A stretch of DNA of 64,000 nt, taken from positions 52,702,001-52,766,000 of the forward strand of contig NC_086097.1 of the NCBI RefSeq assembly GCF_963921235.1. The letters are read 5' to 3'. The DNA comes from Mobula hypostoma. Taxonomy: Eukaryota. The translations under genes and the position numbers were made by a program. The notes beneath the pieces were generated by a model. It did no database searches and was not told the origin of the DNA. It saw nothing but the letters and a program-made list of their open reading frames with translations. This document shows, in pieces, positions 36,305 to 48,916 of the stretch; the stretch's first letter is position 1, and every line of letters begins with the position of its first letter.

Positions 36305-37331
36305 CGGGGTGACCAACCTTTTACATTCTATGCGTCAATTTTTTCATGCACGAGTTCAGATGCGCCATACAACTCTTGCACCCCCATTCAATTCTTGTAA
36401 AAATATGTTAATATCATTATATTTAGCATTTTACATGATATATTGATTTAATATAAAAACAAGATAAACATTACTTACCTTAATGAGACTTTTAACAATA
36501 TATTTTGTCTTCTTTTGATTTCTTCCTTTTTCTTAACCACATATTCTTTCTGTAACACAGACCCAAGCACTAGCTTCAGTTTTCCTTCTATTTCAGTCTG
36601 ATGTTGTGTTTTATAGTGTCTATTAAGATCATGTCTTCTATTATGTGAGGAAGTGTTTTCACAAACAATGCACAACCGTTTTCCTGACGGACCCGCTATA
36701 AGTAAGAACTCATTTTCCCGCTGTTCATTGAATTCATGCTTACTATCACTTTCTGCTTTTCTTTTGCTCATTTTCTTGTGCACTGTGATGGGTAACTGAA
36801 TGTAGAAGTAAGGCTTACTTTTCGAAAAAGTGAAAAACTGCAAGTATTCACAAAGGACGAACAAAGCACAACTCCGTAGCGCACGAGTGTCAATTGTAAA
36901 CTGACTGGCAAAAACCTGCGACGCACCGCTGGTGCAGACGCCTGGTGCCTCAGGATCAAACAAGTAATCAACGAGTTATAGAGCAACTGCAGAACAAAAG
37001 TTCTTCTTTCCTAGTTTGACTCATCGAACTTTTTTTTAATTGAAAACAGATTAATGTGGAAAAAGATAACATTCGCCAAAAGATGTGCACGAATTAATAA
37101 AATCGCTAAAAATAATTTCTAAGTTTTAGATTTATTCTCAGTAAAACCCATTTCTAGCTCTAAGCTACTTGAATTCCTGTTATAGATTTTTTTCTACAAA
37201 TTGGTTTTTGGTTAGTACTTCTTGCATGAGTAGCCTTATTTTTTTTATTATTATCATTGGAGTGTAATGTGCCACTTCTAATCATCCAATGCGACACTTT
37301 TGGTGCATGCGCCATAGGTTGGCCATCCCTG
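36305..37331 (-). mobile_element. Non-autonomous hAT (Buster/Charlie/SPIN-like) transposon retaining the transposase N-terminus
   Basis: TIRs CGGGGTGACCAACC / GGTTGGCCATCCCTG; 8-bp TSD CTTTAAAG (36297-36304, 37332-37339); ORF 'MSKRK...FNEQRENEF...CIVC...DLNRHYKTQH' is a zinc-finger N-terminus. Confidence 0.88.
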
Positions 37332-38079
37332 CTTTAAAGCAAACAATAAAAAAATTTCATCTTAGTCTTTTTCATTTTGCTAGTAATGTTTCTTCTTCAT
37401 TCAAATGAGTAGATTTGCTGTTCCTAACAGATACACAGTTGGCAGTGACCCTGGTGTAGCTGCAAGGTGATTCATGGTTCTGGCTTTGTCACTGGATTTC
37501 ATGTGAAGGGCAGTGCTGGACAACTGGATGGCCTACATTCCAGTATTGCATTTACTCACCTATTGTTCTAGGAATTTGCAACACTGAATATACGTACCTA
37601 GATTGATGAAGGGGGATATATGCATTATCCTTCTGTTCATTACATGAAAATAGCAATTTCACCTACAAACATTGACTTCAAATTTACCAATGCTCTTTGA
37701 TGCCACATTTGGCTAAATACTGCCTTGTTGTCAAGGCAACATTTGAATGAGCAAGATGGCACCAGTAATTAATGGTGACATCCTGCAGACATTCACAAAA
37801 CTACTTCTTCTTCTCCTTCTTCTTTTAAGTATACTTCTCCCACTAATCTGTGTGTGATTGGAATTTGCATTTTGATCCTGTGTTTTTCGGCTGACTGAGC
37901 GATCTGGCACTTTTGCTGTGTCTGAGTGGATTTGATGTGATTGAGAGCAAGGTTGAGAACGGAGTATGCAATTTAATGGTGGAGCATGAATCCATGATTG
38001 CCCCAATTCTTGACCAACTTGTCGATGAAAAAGCTGACTAAAATTGAAGTCAATAAGGACAAGAGTGGAAGGCGAACGG

Positions 38080-38550
38080 GTGTTCTTTGCCACATCTGCC
38101 TGAGTTTGACTCTTCTCCATCTCCCTTGCATGAGTCTTGGGTCGTGGGCAAGATTTGATCTGTGCAGTCTGTGGATTGGACTCATTCTTAGAGGACGCTG
38201 CAGTTCAAGTTATATTTGTTTCCGATTTCTGATTACTCCTATTTTTATTGTTATTTTATGTGATTTTGATTGGGGCAGTTTGGCTCTGCTGCCTGCAGTG
38301 AGCAAATGGCCCAGCACTATATGGAATTAATCTAACTGAATATTCCCAGACTGTTACAAGGATTTTGCGGTTTGATGTTTAATCCTCTGTGTGTTATTCA
38401 CTCGTTTTTTGCCGTTTGCATGATTTGTTGTTTTTTTGTGCATTGGGTGTTCGATGTTTACTTTGACGGGGTTCAGTTTCTTTGTTTCATGGCTGCCTTT
38501 GTACTGCACACGTACTTTAATAATAAATTAACTTTGAAGCTTTGATTCTG
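38080..38550 (+). mobile_element. Non-autonomous LINE-tail repeat (Rex1-like 3' end)
   Basis: T-rich tail ending 'taataaattaactttgaagctttga'; similar tails at ~12480-12630 and 48060-48242. Confidence 0.45.
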
Positions 38551-38994
38551 AAATTCAGCTCATTTGTCCTTATTTGAACCAGGGCAGCCCTGTGGCATGG
38601 AGCCAAGTGGATCTGGTGAAGACTGTGTCAACCATCCATAAGCAGGGTATTGGAAAATTCTGCCAATTGAAGGTAATATTCATTACTTTGCCAATGATTG
38701 AGAGAAGGCCTGATAGGATAATAATTGGCTGAATTGGATTTATTTTGCAGTTTTCAGACAGAACACGTGATCAGTTTTCCACTGTTGGGTAGCTGCCAGC
38801 CCTGTAACCGGAGTAGAAGAGATTGGCTTATTTTGGAATTTCTATTGCTGCTGTAAGCTTAACCTTATACACTAGGATGACCAAGAGAGATGGGGGAGTG
38901 TTTACAGTACTGCTTGGAGTCGGTTCACTGGGCAATATTCAGGAATTCAACTTCAAATCTGAATGAATGCACCACTGTTGTTACTGATTTCATC

Positions 38995-40848
38995 AGACTT
39001 GTGTGGATGAGTGTGTGCCTTTGAGAACATACCTGATATCCCAAAACCAAAAGATGTGGATGAACCAGGAAACTCATAGTCTACTGATGGCTAGATCAGT
39101 GGCATTCAAGACTGGTGATACAGAACTATAATAGAGGTCCAGGTACAACCTATGGAAGGTTATTTTAAGAGCAAAATAAAATTCTGATTGACATTAGAGA
39201 CAGAATTGGATGCACGATGGATCTGACGGAGTTTGCAGTTCATTTACTTCCTACGAAGCGAAACATAACATCTTGAATAGCTGTAAGACTTCACTCCCAG
39301 ATGAGCTCAACACTTTTTTATGTTTTGAAACAGAGAATGAAACTACAGCCATGCAAATCCCTGTAGTATCTGATTACCCTGTGAACTCTGTCTCAGAAGC
39401 TGACATCACAATATCTTACAGGTGGGAGAACCCTCACAAGGTGTCAGGCCCTGATGGTGTGGCTAGTGGGGCACTGAAAACCTGTGCCAACCAACTGGCA
39501 GGGATGTTCAAGGACACCTTCAATCTCTTACTGCTGCAGTCAGAGGTTCCTACCTACTTCTAAAGGGTGACAATCCTCAAGAAGAGCGGGGTGAGCTGCT
39601 CCAATGACTATCAATCAGTTGCACTCACATCGACTGTGATGAGTGCTTTGAGAAGTTGGTCATGGCCGGAATCAACTCCTGCCTAAGCAAGGACCTGGAC
39701 CTGCTGCAATTTGCCTATCGCCACCACAGGTCCACAGTGGATACAATCTCACTGGCTCTGCACTCGACTTTGGATCACCTGGACAATAACAATACCCATG
39801 TCAGAATGCTGTTTATTGATTACAGCTCAGTGTTTAACACCATCATGCCCTCAGTACCAATGAATAAGCTCAAAAACCTGGGTCTCCATACCTCACTCTG
39901 TAATTGGATCCTTGACTTCCTCGTCAGGAGAACACAGTTAGCGTGAAATGGAAATAATATCTGCTCTTCACTGAGAATCAACACTGGCACACTTCAACGA
40001 TGTGTGCTTAGCCCAGCCTTCTACTCGCCTTACATACACTACTATGTGGCTAGACACAGCTCAAGCGCCATCTATAAATTTGCCAATGACACGATTATTG
40101 TTGGCATAATTTCAGATGGTGCCAAGGAAGTGTACAGGAGTGAGATAGATCAGCTGGCTGAGTGGTGTCGCAACAGCAACCTTGCACTCATTGTCAGTAA
40201 GACCAAGGAATTGATGGTGGACTTCAGGAAGGGGGAAGTCAAGGGAACACACATCAGTCCTCATCGAGGGATCAGCAGTGGAAAGGGTGAGCAATTTCAA
40301 GTTCCTGGGCGTCACCATCTCTGAAGATCTATCCTGGGCCCAACATATTGCTTCAATTGTAAAGAAGGCACGGCAGCAGCTATATCTCATTGGGAGTTTG
40401 AGGAGACTACAGGAGAACAAAGACTCAAACAAATTTCTGCAAATGTACCCTGGAGAGCATTCTCTGCCAGCTTCATCATGGGCAATAGCCTCCCCAATGT
40501 TGAGGACATCTTCAAAAGGCATTGCCTTAAAAAGGCAGCAACCATCATTACAGACCCCCAACCCTTGGGACATGCCCTTTTCTCAGTGCTACCATCAGGA
40601 AGGGGTACAAGAGCCTGAAGACACCTACTCATCATTTTAGAAACAGCTTCTCTCCCTCTGTCATCAGAGTTCTGAATGGACAAGGAACCCAAGTACATTA
40701 CCTCACTTTTTTTTGTTTTCTTTTTGCACTACTTATTTAATTTAAGGTGTCCAAGACCTTTGCACTGTACTGTAGTAATTTTATGTATTGCACTGTACTG
40801 CTGGCGCAAAAAAAATCATGGCATGTGTGAGTGTTGATAAACCTGATT
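38995..40848 (+). mobile_element. Decayed Rex1/Babar LINE (RT and 3' UTR)
   Basis: 'KVSGPDGV..LKTCANQLAG', 'DLLQFAYR', 'VRMLFIDYSSVFNTI', 'IYKFAND', 'ERVSNFKFLGVTISEDLSW'; tail 'gataaacctgattc'. Confidence 0.9.
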
Positions 40849-41624
40849 CCACCCCCGTGCTTAACAGTTGGAGAGGGGTACTTTTCATGAAATTCTGCAC
40901 CCTTTTTTCTCCAAACATACCTTTGCTCATTGCAGCCAAAAAGTTCTATTCAAAAGGTTCAAAGGAACATCTAAACATGCCTGATGCATTTTGGAAACAA
41001 GTCCTGTGGACTGATGAAGTTAAAATAGAACTTTTTAAATACCAGCAAATTCTGGAAGCAAACATCACACTGTCTGTAAAAAAGATGAAAAGAGGATGGC
41101 TTCTACAACAGGATAATGATCCTAACCACACCTCAAAATCCACAATGGACTACCTCAAGAGTTGCAAGCCGAAGGTTTTGCCATGGCCCTCACAGACCCT
41201 CGACCTAAACATCATCGAGAATCTGTGGATAGACCTTAAAAGAGCAGTGCATACAAGACGACTTAAGAATCTCACAGAACTAGAAGCCTTTTGCAAGGAA
41301 GAATGGGTGAAAATCCCCCAAACAAGAACTGAAAGACTCTTAGCTGGCTACAAAAAGCATTTACAAGCTGTGATGTTTGCCAAAGGGGATGTTACTAAGT
41401 ACTGCCATGCAGGGTGCCCAAACTTTTGCTTCGGGCCCTTTTCCTTTTTTGTCATTTTGAAACTGTAAAAGATGGAAATGAAAAAGTTTTCTTACTTAAA
41501 ATATTCAAGAAATGTGTCATCTTTAACTTTATGCCTTTTGGAAATCAGTTCATCTTTTACTGGCATAGCTATTCACAGTAACAGAAATTTTGACTGGGGG
41601 TGCCCAAACTTTTGCATACCACTG
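40849..41624 (+). mobile_element. Rearranged Tc1 (DD34E) transposon, right half, with IR/DR-type terminal repeat
   Basis: 'VLWTDE', 'QQDNDPNH', 'WPSQTLDLNIIENLW'; DR GGGTGCCCAAACTTTTGC at ~41412 and ~41598; ends CACTG followed by TA (41625-41626). Confidence 0.9.
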
Positions 41625-44600
41625 TATGTTGCCTCCCAGGTACCAGGGTCAGAGATGTTTCAGATCAAGTCCATGACATTCCAAAGGGAGGTGGTACATA
41701 TTGGCATCAATGACATCGGTATGAAAGGTGAAGAAGTCCTGAAGAGAGATTCTAGGAAAAGCTGAAAAACAGGAACTTGAGGGTAGTTATCTCTGGATCG
41801 TTGCCCATGCCACACACCAGTGAGGGTAAGAATATGATGATCTGGCAGGTGAATGTGCGGCTGAGGAACTGGTGCAGGGGGGCTGGGGTTCAGATTTAAG
41901 GATCACTGGAAGTCCTTCTGGGGAAGGTACAACCTGCACAAAAGGGATGGGTTATACCTGAACCCTAAGGGGACCAATATCATATAACCATATAACAATT
42001 ACAGCATGGAAACAGGTCATCTCGGCCCTTCTAGTCCGTGCCGAACTCCTACTCTCACCTAGTCCCGCCGACCTGCACTCAACCCATAACCCTCCATTCC
42101 TTTCCTGTCCATATATCTATCCAATTTAACTTTAAATGACAACATCGAACCTGCCTCAACCACTTCTGCTGGAAGCTCATTCCACACAGCTACCATTCTC
42201 TGAGTAAAGGAGTACCGCATCATGTTACCCCTAAACTTTTGCCCTTTAACTCTCAATTCATCCTTGAAGGCAGGTTTGCTGGAGCTGTTTGGGAGGGTTT
42301 ATACTAATTTGGCAGGGGATGGGAACCGGAGTGATAAGGCTGAGGATGAGGAGTGGTTTACAAACGGAGGTATTGTGTAGTGAGACTGCTAGCAAGGAGA
42401 GACGGACAATAGGGTAAAATTGCAGTCAACTGAATGAGTTGCAATGTAAAAGGGTGAAAACAGGACTGAGGGTGATCAGTAAACAGAAACAGGTAGATGA
42501 ACTTGTAGCACAGTTTTACAATTGCCATGTATGATGTTGTGAGCATCACTGAATCATAGCTGAAAGAAGATTATAGTTGGGAGCTTAACATCCAAGGATA
42601 CACATTGTATTGAAAAAACAGGCAGCTAGGCAGAGGAGGTGGTGTGGCTCTGTTGGTAAAAAAATGAAGTCAAATCATTAGAAAGAGGTGATCTAGGGTC
42701 AGAAGGTGTTGAATCATTGTGGGTAGAGCCAAGGAAATGCAAGGGTAAAAAGACCTTGATGGGAGTTATATACTGATCCAGAAATAGTAGTAAAGATGTG
42801 GTCTTCAAGTTACAACGGGAGATAGAAAATCCATGCCAAAAGGGCAATATTACAATAGTCATGAGGGATTTCAATATCCAGGTAGATTGGGAAAATCAGG
42901 TTGGTGCTGGATCCCAAGGGGGGGATTTGTAGAATGCCTACGAGATGTTTTTTATTGCAGCTCATGATTGAGCCCACTAGGGGACCAGCTATTCTGGACT
43001 GGATGTTGTGCAATGAACTGGAATTGATTAGAGAGCCTAAGGTAAAGGAGCCCTTAGGGGCCAGTGCTCATAATATGATAGAATTAACACTGCAATTTGA
43101 GAAGGAGAAGCTAAAGTCAAATGTATCAGTATTACATTAGCATAAAGGGAATTACAGAGGCATGAGAGATGAGTTGGGCAATATTGATTGGAAATAGACA
43201 CAGGCAGGAATAATGGCAGAGTGGCAACGTCTGGAATTTCTGGAGCAATTCAAAGGGCAAGGATATATACATCCCAAAGAGGAAGAAGTATTCTAAAGGC
43301 TGGATGACTTATCTGCGGCTAACAGGAGAAATCAAAGCCAACATAAAAACCAAAGAGAGGGCATATAATAGAGCAAAGATTAGTGGGAAGTTAGAGGTTG
43401 GAAAGCTTTTGAAAAACAATGGAAGGCAACTAAAAAAGTCATACAGAAGGAAAAGATGGAATACAAAGGTAAGCTAGCCAATAATATTGAAGAGGATACC
43501 AAAAGTTTCTTCAGATACATGAAGTATAAAAGAATGTGGAAAGTAGATATCAAACACTAGAAAATGATGCTAGAGAGGTAGTAATGGGGGACAAGGAAAT
43601 GGTGGATGAACTGAAGAAGTATTTTTCATCAATGTTCACTGTGGAAGACATCAGCAGAATGCCGGAATTTCAAGAGGGTCAGGGGGCAGCAGTGTGTGAA
43701 GTTGCCATTATTAGGGAGAAGGTGCTTGGGAAAGGGAAAGGTCTGAAGGTAAATAGGTAATCTGGACCAGATGGTATACACCCCAGGGTTCGGAAAAAGG
43801 TGTCTGAAGAGGTATGGAAATATTAGTAAAGATCTTTCAAGAAAAAATTTATTCTGGCATCATTCTGGAGGAATGGAAAATTGCAAATATCACTCCACTC
43901 TTCAAGAAGGGAGAGAAGCAGAAGAAAGGAAATTATAGGCCAGTTAGTCTGACCTCAGTGGTTGGGAAGATATTAGAGTTGATTATTAAGGATGTGGTTT
44001 CGGAGTACTTGTAGGCACATAATAAAATAGGGTGTAGTCAGCATGGATTCCTTAAGGGAAAAGCTTGCCTGTCAAATCTGTTTGAAATATTTGAAGAAAT
44101 AACAAGCAGGATAGACAATGGAGAATTGGTGGATGTTGCATTTCAGAAGGCCGTTGACAAAGTGCCACACATGAGACTGCTTAACAAGCTATGAGTTCAT
44201 GGTACTACAGGAAAGATTCTGGCATGGATAAAGGAGTGGCTGATTGGCATGAGGCAAAGAGTGAGAATAAATGGAACTTTTTTTGTTTAGCTGCCGGTGA
44301 CTAGTATGTTCCACAGGGGTCTGTGTTGGGACTGCTTCTTTTTACATTATATGTCAATGACTTGGATGATGGAATTGATGGCTTTGTTGCAAAGTTTGAA
44401 GAAGATACAAAGATAGATGGAGGGGCAGGTAGGTTTGAGGAAGTAGAGAGGCTACAGAAAGACTTAGATACATTAGGAGAATGGACAAAGAAGTGGCAGA
44501 TGGAATGCAGCGTCAGGAAGTTTGGATCATGTACATTGGTAGAAGAAGTAAAAGCACAGATATTTTCTAGATGGAGAAAAAATTCAAAAGACAGAGGTGC

Positions 44601-45325
44601 AAAGGGACTTAGGAGTCTGCGTGTAGTATTCCCTGAGATGTTAATTTGCAGGTTGATTCAGTAGTGAGGAAGGCAAATGTGATGTTGGCATTCATATTGA
44701 AGGGACTAAAATATAAAAGCAAGAATGTAATATTGAGGCTTTATAAAGCACTGGTCAGGCCCCACGTGGAGTATTCTGCGCTGTTTTTGACCCCTTAGAT
44801 AGGATTTGCTGATACTGGAGAGGATTCAAAGCAGTTTCATAAAACTGATTCTGGGTTTAAAAGGCTTGTCATATGAAGAGTGTTTGATGGCTCTGTGCCT
44901 CTGCTCACCGAAATTCAGAAGAATAAGCGATTACCTCATTGAAACTATCAAATGTTGAAAGGCCTTCATAGAATGGATGTGGAGATGATGTTTCCCATGG
45001 TGGTGGAGTCTAAGACCAGACTCAGAACAGCCTCAGAACAGAGGGACATACTTTTAAAACGGAGATGAGGAGGAATTTCTTTATCCAATGAGTGGCGAAT
45101 CTGTGGAATTCATTGCCACAGGCAGCTGTGGAGGCCAAGTCATTGGGAATACTTAAGGCAGAGATTGACAGTTTCATGACTGGTCAGAGCATGAAGGGAT
45201 ACAGGGAGAAGGCAGGAAAATGGAGCTGATATGAAAAATGGATCCGCCATGATGAAATGGCAGAGCAGACTCGATGGGTTAATGGCCTAATTCTGCTGTT
45301 GTCTCTTGTGATCTTATAGTCTTAT
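41625..45325 (+). mobile_element. Decayed CR1 LINE (ORF1 esterase through 3' UTR)
   Basis: 'VVHIGINDIG', 'NYRPVSLTSVVGKILE', 'LLFTLYVNDLDDGIDGFVAKF'; collinear with 2780-8952. Confidence 0.92.
41981..42258 (-). mobile_element. Short CR1 3' fragment nested in CR1
   Basis: Minus ORF 'FTQRMVAVWNELPAEVVEAG'; (accatata)n tail; host 'gggaccaatatc|cttg' is split. Confidence 0.85.
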
Positions 45326-45627
45326 ATTGATTCAAGGGGTGTGGACTTTGCAGGCTGAGCTGGTGTTTCCCTAGTTGCTTGCTATGTTTCTACCTTGATT
45401 ACCTTGGTAATGTGGTATGCAGGGTAATGTTCCATGCATTTCCAGCATTTACATTCATAGTCCATAAAAAGAGGTACAACTCAATTTAGTTCTGGTTGAA
45501 ATGCAATATTAGTGGGTTCATTACAGAATAGAATTCTATAGATAAATGAAGAGATAGAAAAAAAATAACATAGTGATTATTTTTCCATACATTTTTATTT
45601 CTAATATTTTTAAAGCAATATACAGTA

Positions 45628-46515
45628 CACTCAGTGACCATGTTACTTATACCTCTTGTACCTAATAAAGTGCTGTTTGTGGTCTTCTGTTGCTGTAGGC
45701 TATCCTCTTCAAGGTTTCACATGTTCTGCATTCAGCAATGCACTTCTGCACAGCACCATTGTAACGTGTTGTTATTTGAGTTACTATCACCTTCCTGTTA
45801 GCTTGATCCAGTCTGGCCATTCTCCTCTGACCTCTCTCATTAACAAGGCATTTTTGCTCACAGAATTGCTACTCACTAGATGATTTCTTTTAGTTTTCCG
45901 CAGCATTTGCTGTAAACTCTAGTGACTGCTGTGTGTGAAAATCCTGGGAGATCAACAGTTTCTGAGATACTCAAACCACCCTATCTGGTACCAACAATGA
46001 TTTCACAGACAAAGTCTGTGAGGTATTGATTGTGTGGATACCCAGAGGCTTTTCCCCAGGGCTGAAATGGCTAACATAAGGGGGGCATATTTTAAGGTGC
46101 TTGGAAGTGGGTACCGAGGGGATGTCAGGGGTAAGTTATTCACACAGAGAGTGGTAGGAGTATGGAATGCACTGCCGCTGATGATGGATACAATAGTATA
46201 TTTTAAGACACTCTTAGACAGGTGCATGGAGCTTAGAAAAATAGAGGGCTATGCAGTAGAGTAATTCTAGACAGTTTCTAGAGTAGGTTACATGGTCAGC
46301 ACAACATTGTGGGCCAAAGGGTCTGTAATGTGCTGCAGATTTCCCTTCACTTCGATCACATTTCTTCACTGTTCTGATGTTTGATCTGAATAACAACCGG
46401 CCCTCTTGACCATGTATGAATGCATTTATGCATTGAGTTGCTGCCACATGATTGGCTGGTCAGAAATTTGCACTTTAATCAGGTGCACAGGTACACTAAA
46501 AGTATTGAATCATGT
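45628..46515. mobile_element. Tc1-derived non-autonomous element with a nested CR1 3' fragment (~46010-46340, +)
   Basis: TA then 'cactcagtgacca...gtacctaataaagtg' left end; degenerate 'caggtacactaaaagt' right end; CR1 'KLFTQRVVGVWNALP'. Confidence 0.6.
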
Positions 46516-46993
46516 AAAATCATGAATTATGGAACAATTGGCACTTAGTCAACAGGAATTGAGAGCTAATGGTTCTGAAAAGAAGTAAGATACATCCATA
46601 TTGTTTCCACAGGAATGGGGAAAGATGAATTCTTCTAGTCAAGAATCAAGTCATTAATTTACTTCTGTACCAGGTTGAGTAGAAAATAAAAATTTATTCT
46701 CTAATATGGGAAACTCTGCTACATGGAAGACTGAAACAAATTGTTACATATTTTATGAGAAAATTGGATATTTTTTCACAGAGGACAGCTTACAAGGCTT
46801 AGGAAAGAATTGGGTTATTTTTAGAATGCGTTCATAGCACAATGATGTTAGAAATGTGTGCAGTTTTATTGGCTGAAAATGACATAATTGGTATCTTTGT
46901 AATCCTTTAATCTTTGTTTTACACACACTGGTTGCAAATTATGCCAGTAAATTTCATTGCAAAGCTATAATTTTACATTAAAGAATACTAAAT

Positions 46994-47195
46994 AGCTAGC
47001 TCTTGGCTCCATCCCTCCCCCTCCGGTCTTCTCCTATCATTTTGGATCTCCCCTCCCCCTCCCACTTTCAAATCTCTTACTAGCTCTTCTTTCAGTTAGT
47101 CCTGATGAAGGGTCTCAGCCCGAAACGTCGACTGTACCTCTTCCTAGAGATGCTACCTGGCCTGCTGCGTCCACCAGCAACTTTGATGTGTGTTG
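46994..47195 (+). mobile_element. PLE terminal mini-insertion with intact HHR
   Basis: Near-identical to 35506-35682; possible TSD CTAAAT at 46988-46993 and 47196-47201. Confidence 0.85.
47098..47133 (+). ncRNA. Minimal type I hammerhead ribozyme, intact core
   Basis: AGTC CTGATGA a GGG tctcag CCC GAAA C GTC GACT; predicted cleavage after C47129. Confidence 0.8.
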
Positions 47196-47619
47196 CTAAA
47201 TGTTAAATATCACTTTTAACTTTCTACACACTTTCACTTATCATTTGTCTCTGAGCCACAAAGCAAAGATAAAAGATTTGTTTACTGAACGGAAACTCCA
47301 GTCAGAAGACAATTTACCACTAAGTAGTCTGGGAAGGCATGTCAATACATCTTCAAAATTTATGCTGTAAGTCACCAAACCTGTCAAGAAATAACCAAGC
47401 TTGATCATTGTCATGCAATGGGGGGGTTATATGGGAGGCAGGGTTTGAGGGTCGGCACAACAATGTGGGCTGAAGGGCCTGTACTGCGCTGTACTATTCT
47501 ATGTTCTATTTTCTGTGTTCAATGATAAACAGTACCTTTTGCACATTTTGCTCAGATATGATCACTGCAATCAAGAGCCTGTAAATTCCCTTTTGAACTG
47601 CCTGTACGGCCTGGCATTT

Positions 47620-48242
47620 TTGCAGTGTGAACTGAGGTCTCACAGGTGCAGAACGGTTGTGGAAGTGGTGTGTACAGGCTGAGTTGAGCTATTAGGGCCC
47701 GGGGCCAAGAGCAGGGCATGAGCCAATACTTGGCCATTGCTGGAGTGCACTTGAAGGCAATTCGATGCGGCAGAGTTGAGGCGAGGTGAGCAGAGGCGAG
47801 ACAGAACTGAGGTGGCAGGGCCCAGGGCCTGGCCTGAGAGTAGGAAAAGACTTGAAATTTGACTAATTTAAGCGCTGGGGTGAATTCAAAATGTCAGGTA
47901 CATGCCGAATCGAGTCCAGCCCTGAGCATATCAAAACAACTTCCAAAAGTGAAGAACAACCTGAGGCTTGGCCAATTTAAATGTCAGGCCAGATTGAAAA
48001 GATTATGGTGTCAAGGCCGGAGGCAAAGGATGGGCTGGTATTCACGTCACCGTTTTGCAAGCTATTTGCTTACTTTTACTGTTTGCACGACTTGTGTGTT
48101 TTTTTCTGCATATTTGGTGTTTGACAGCCTTTTTTAATGGATTCTATTGGATTTCTTTGTTTTGAAGCTGCCTGTAAGGAGACCAAATCTTAAGGTTGTA
48201 TATAGTAGACAGACTTTGACAATGTGTACTTTGAACTTTGAA
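47620..48242 (+). mobile_element. Non-autonomous repeat with GC-rich head and Rex1-like tail
   Basis: GC-rich 5' part; tail 'gctgcctgtaaggagacc...tactttgaactttga'. Confidence 0.45.
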
Positions 48243-48916
48243 ACCTTAGGCACCATGTGCAACACAATAGCCCTGCACAATTAAATGCTCTGAGGGGTCT
48301 TTCCTCCACTTGGCATATCATTGAAGGGCTGGAACTTCAGTAGCGGACAGGGGAGAGGAAGGAGAACAAGGACAAGCAATCAGTGAAAAGGGACCCAAAG
48401 GGAACTGACAAAGACAAAAGCATTGGAGCAAGGCGGCAAGGGGGGTCATTGTTGAAATATTAAACAGGACAAGCCTTCAAGAGGACTCAGGTATCAAAAT
48501 GAGATGGATTACGTAAGCCAGTTTTCCATCAGTGACACTGCTACAGTCCTCACATGAATTGCGATAGCTTGTGGCTGCGTAGAGGTTTAGAGTGTTTGTG
48601 AGAATATCATGCATGAAATAATTTTAAGGATATTTTATTTTTCCTTTTCTCAGAGATACGGAGCTGGAGAGATAAATGCAAACAGAACATAAATACAAAA
48701 GAAAATGAATACTGAGCAAGTCATACGGGGTTGAAGGGAGAACAGTAGATAAAGTTTACAGAACTCACCCTCCCCACTTCCTAATAAGCACTATCTTCCT
48801 CATTGAGGTACAGTTCTAAATAAATCTTTGTCCAAGTTACCTTTACTTGTGTGCAAACCATAACAGTGAGGTTGGAGAATGAGATGGACGCAGTATACAC
48901 AAGCCTAGAGGTCAGT

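Noticed and set aside
37560..37662. Minus-strand 103-nt open exon candidate (tgtag| ... |GTGAGT)
   Set aside because: Weak polypyrimidine tract, unrecognisable peptide, and a match of this kind is expected by chance.
40788..41468. Functional 226-aa transposase
   Set aside because: Chimeric ORF lacking the DNA-binding domain, with an internal deletion and no left TIR.
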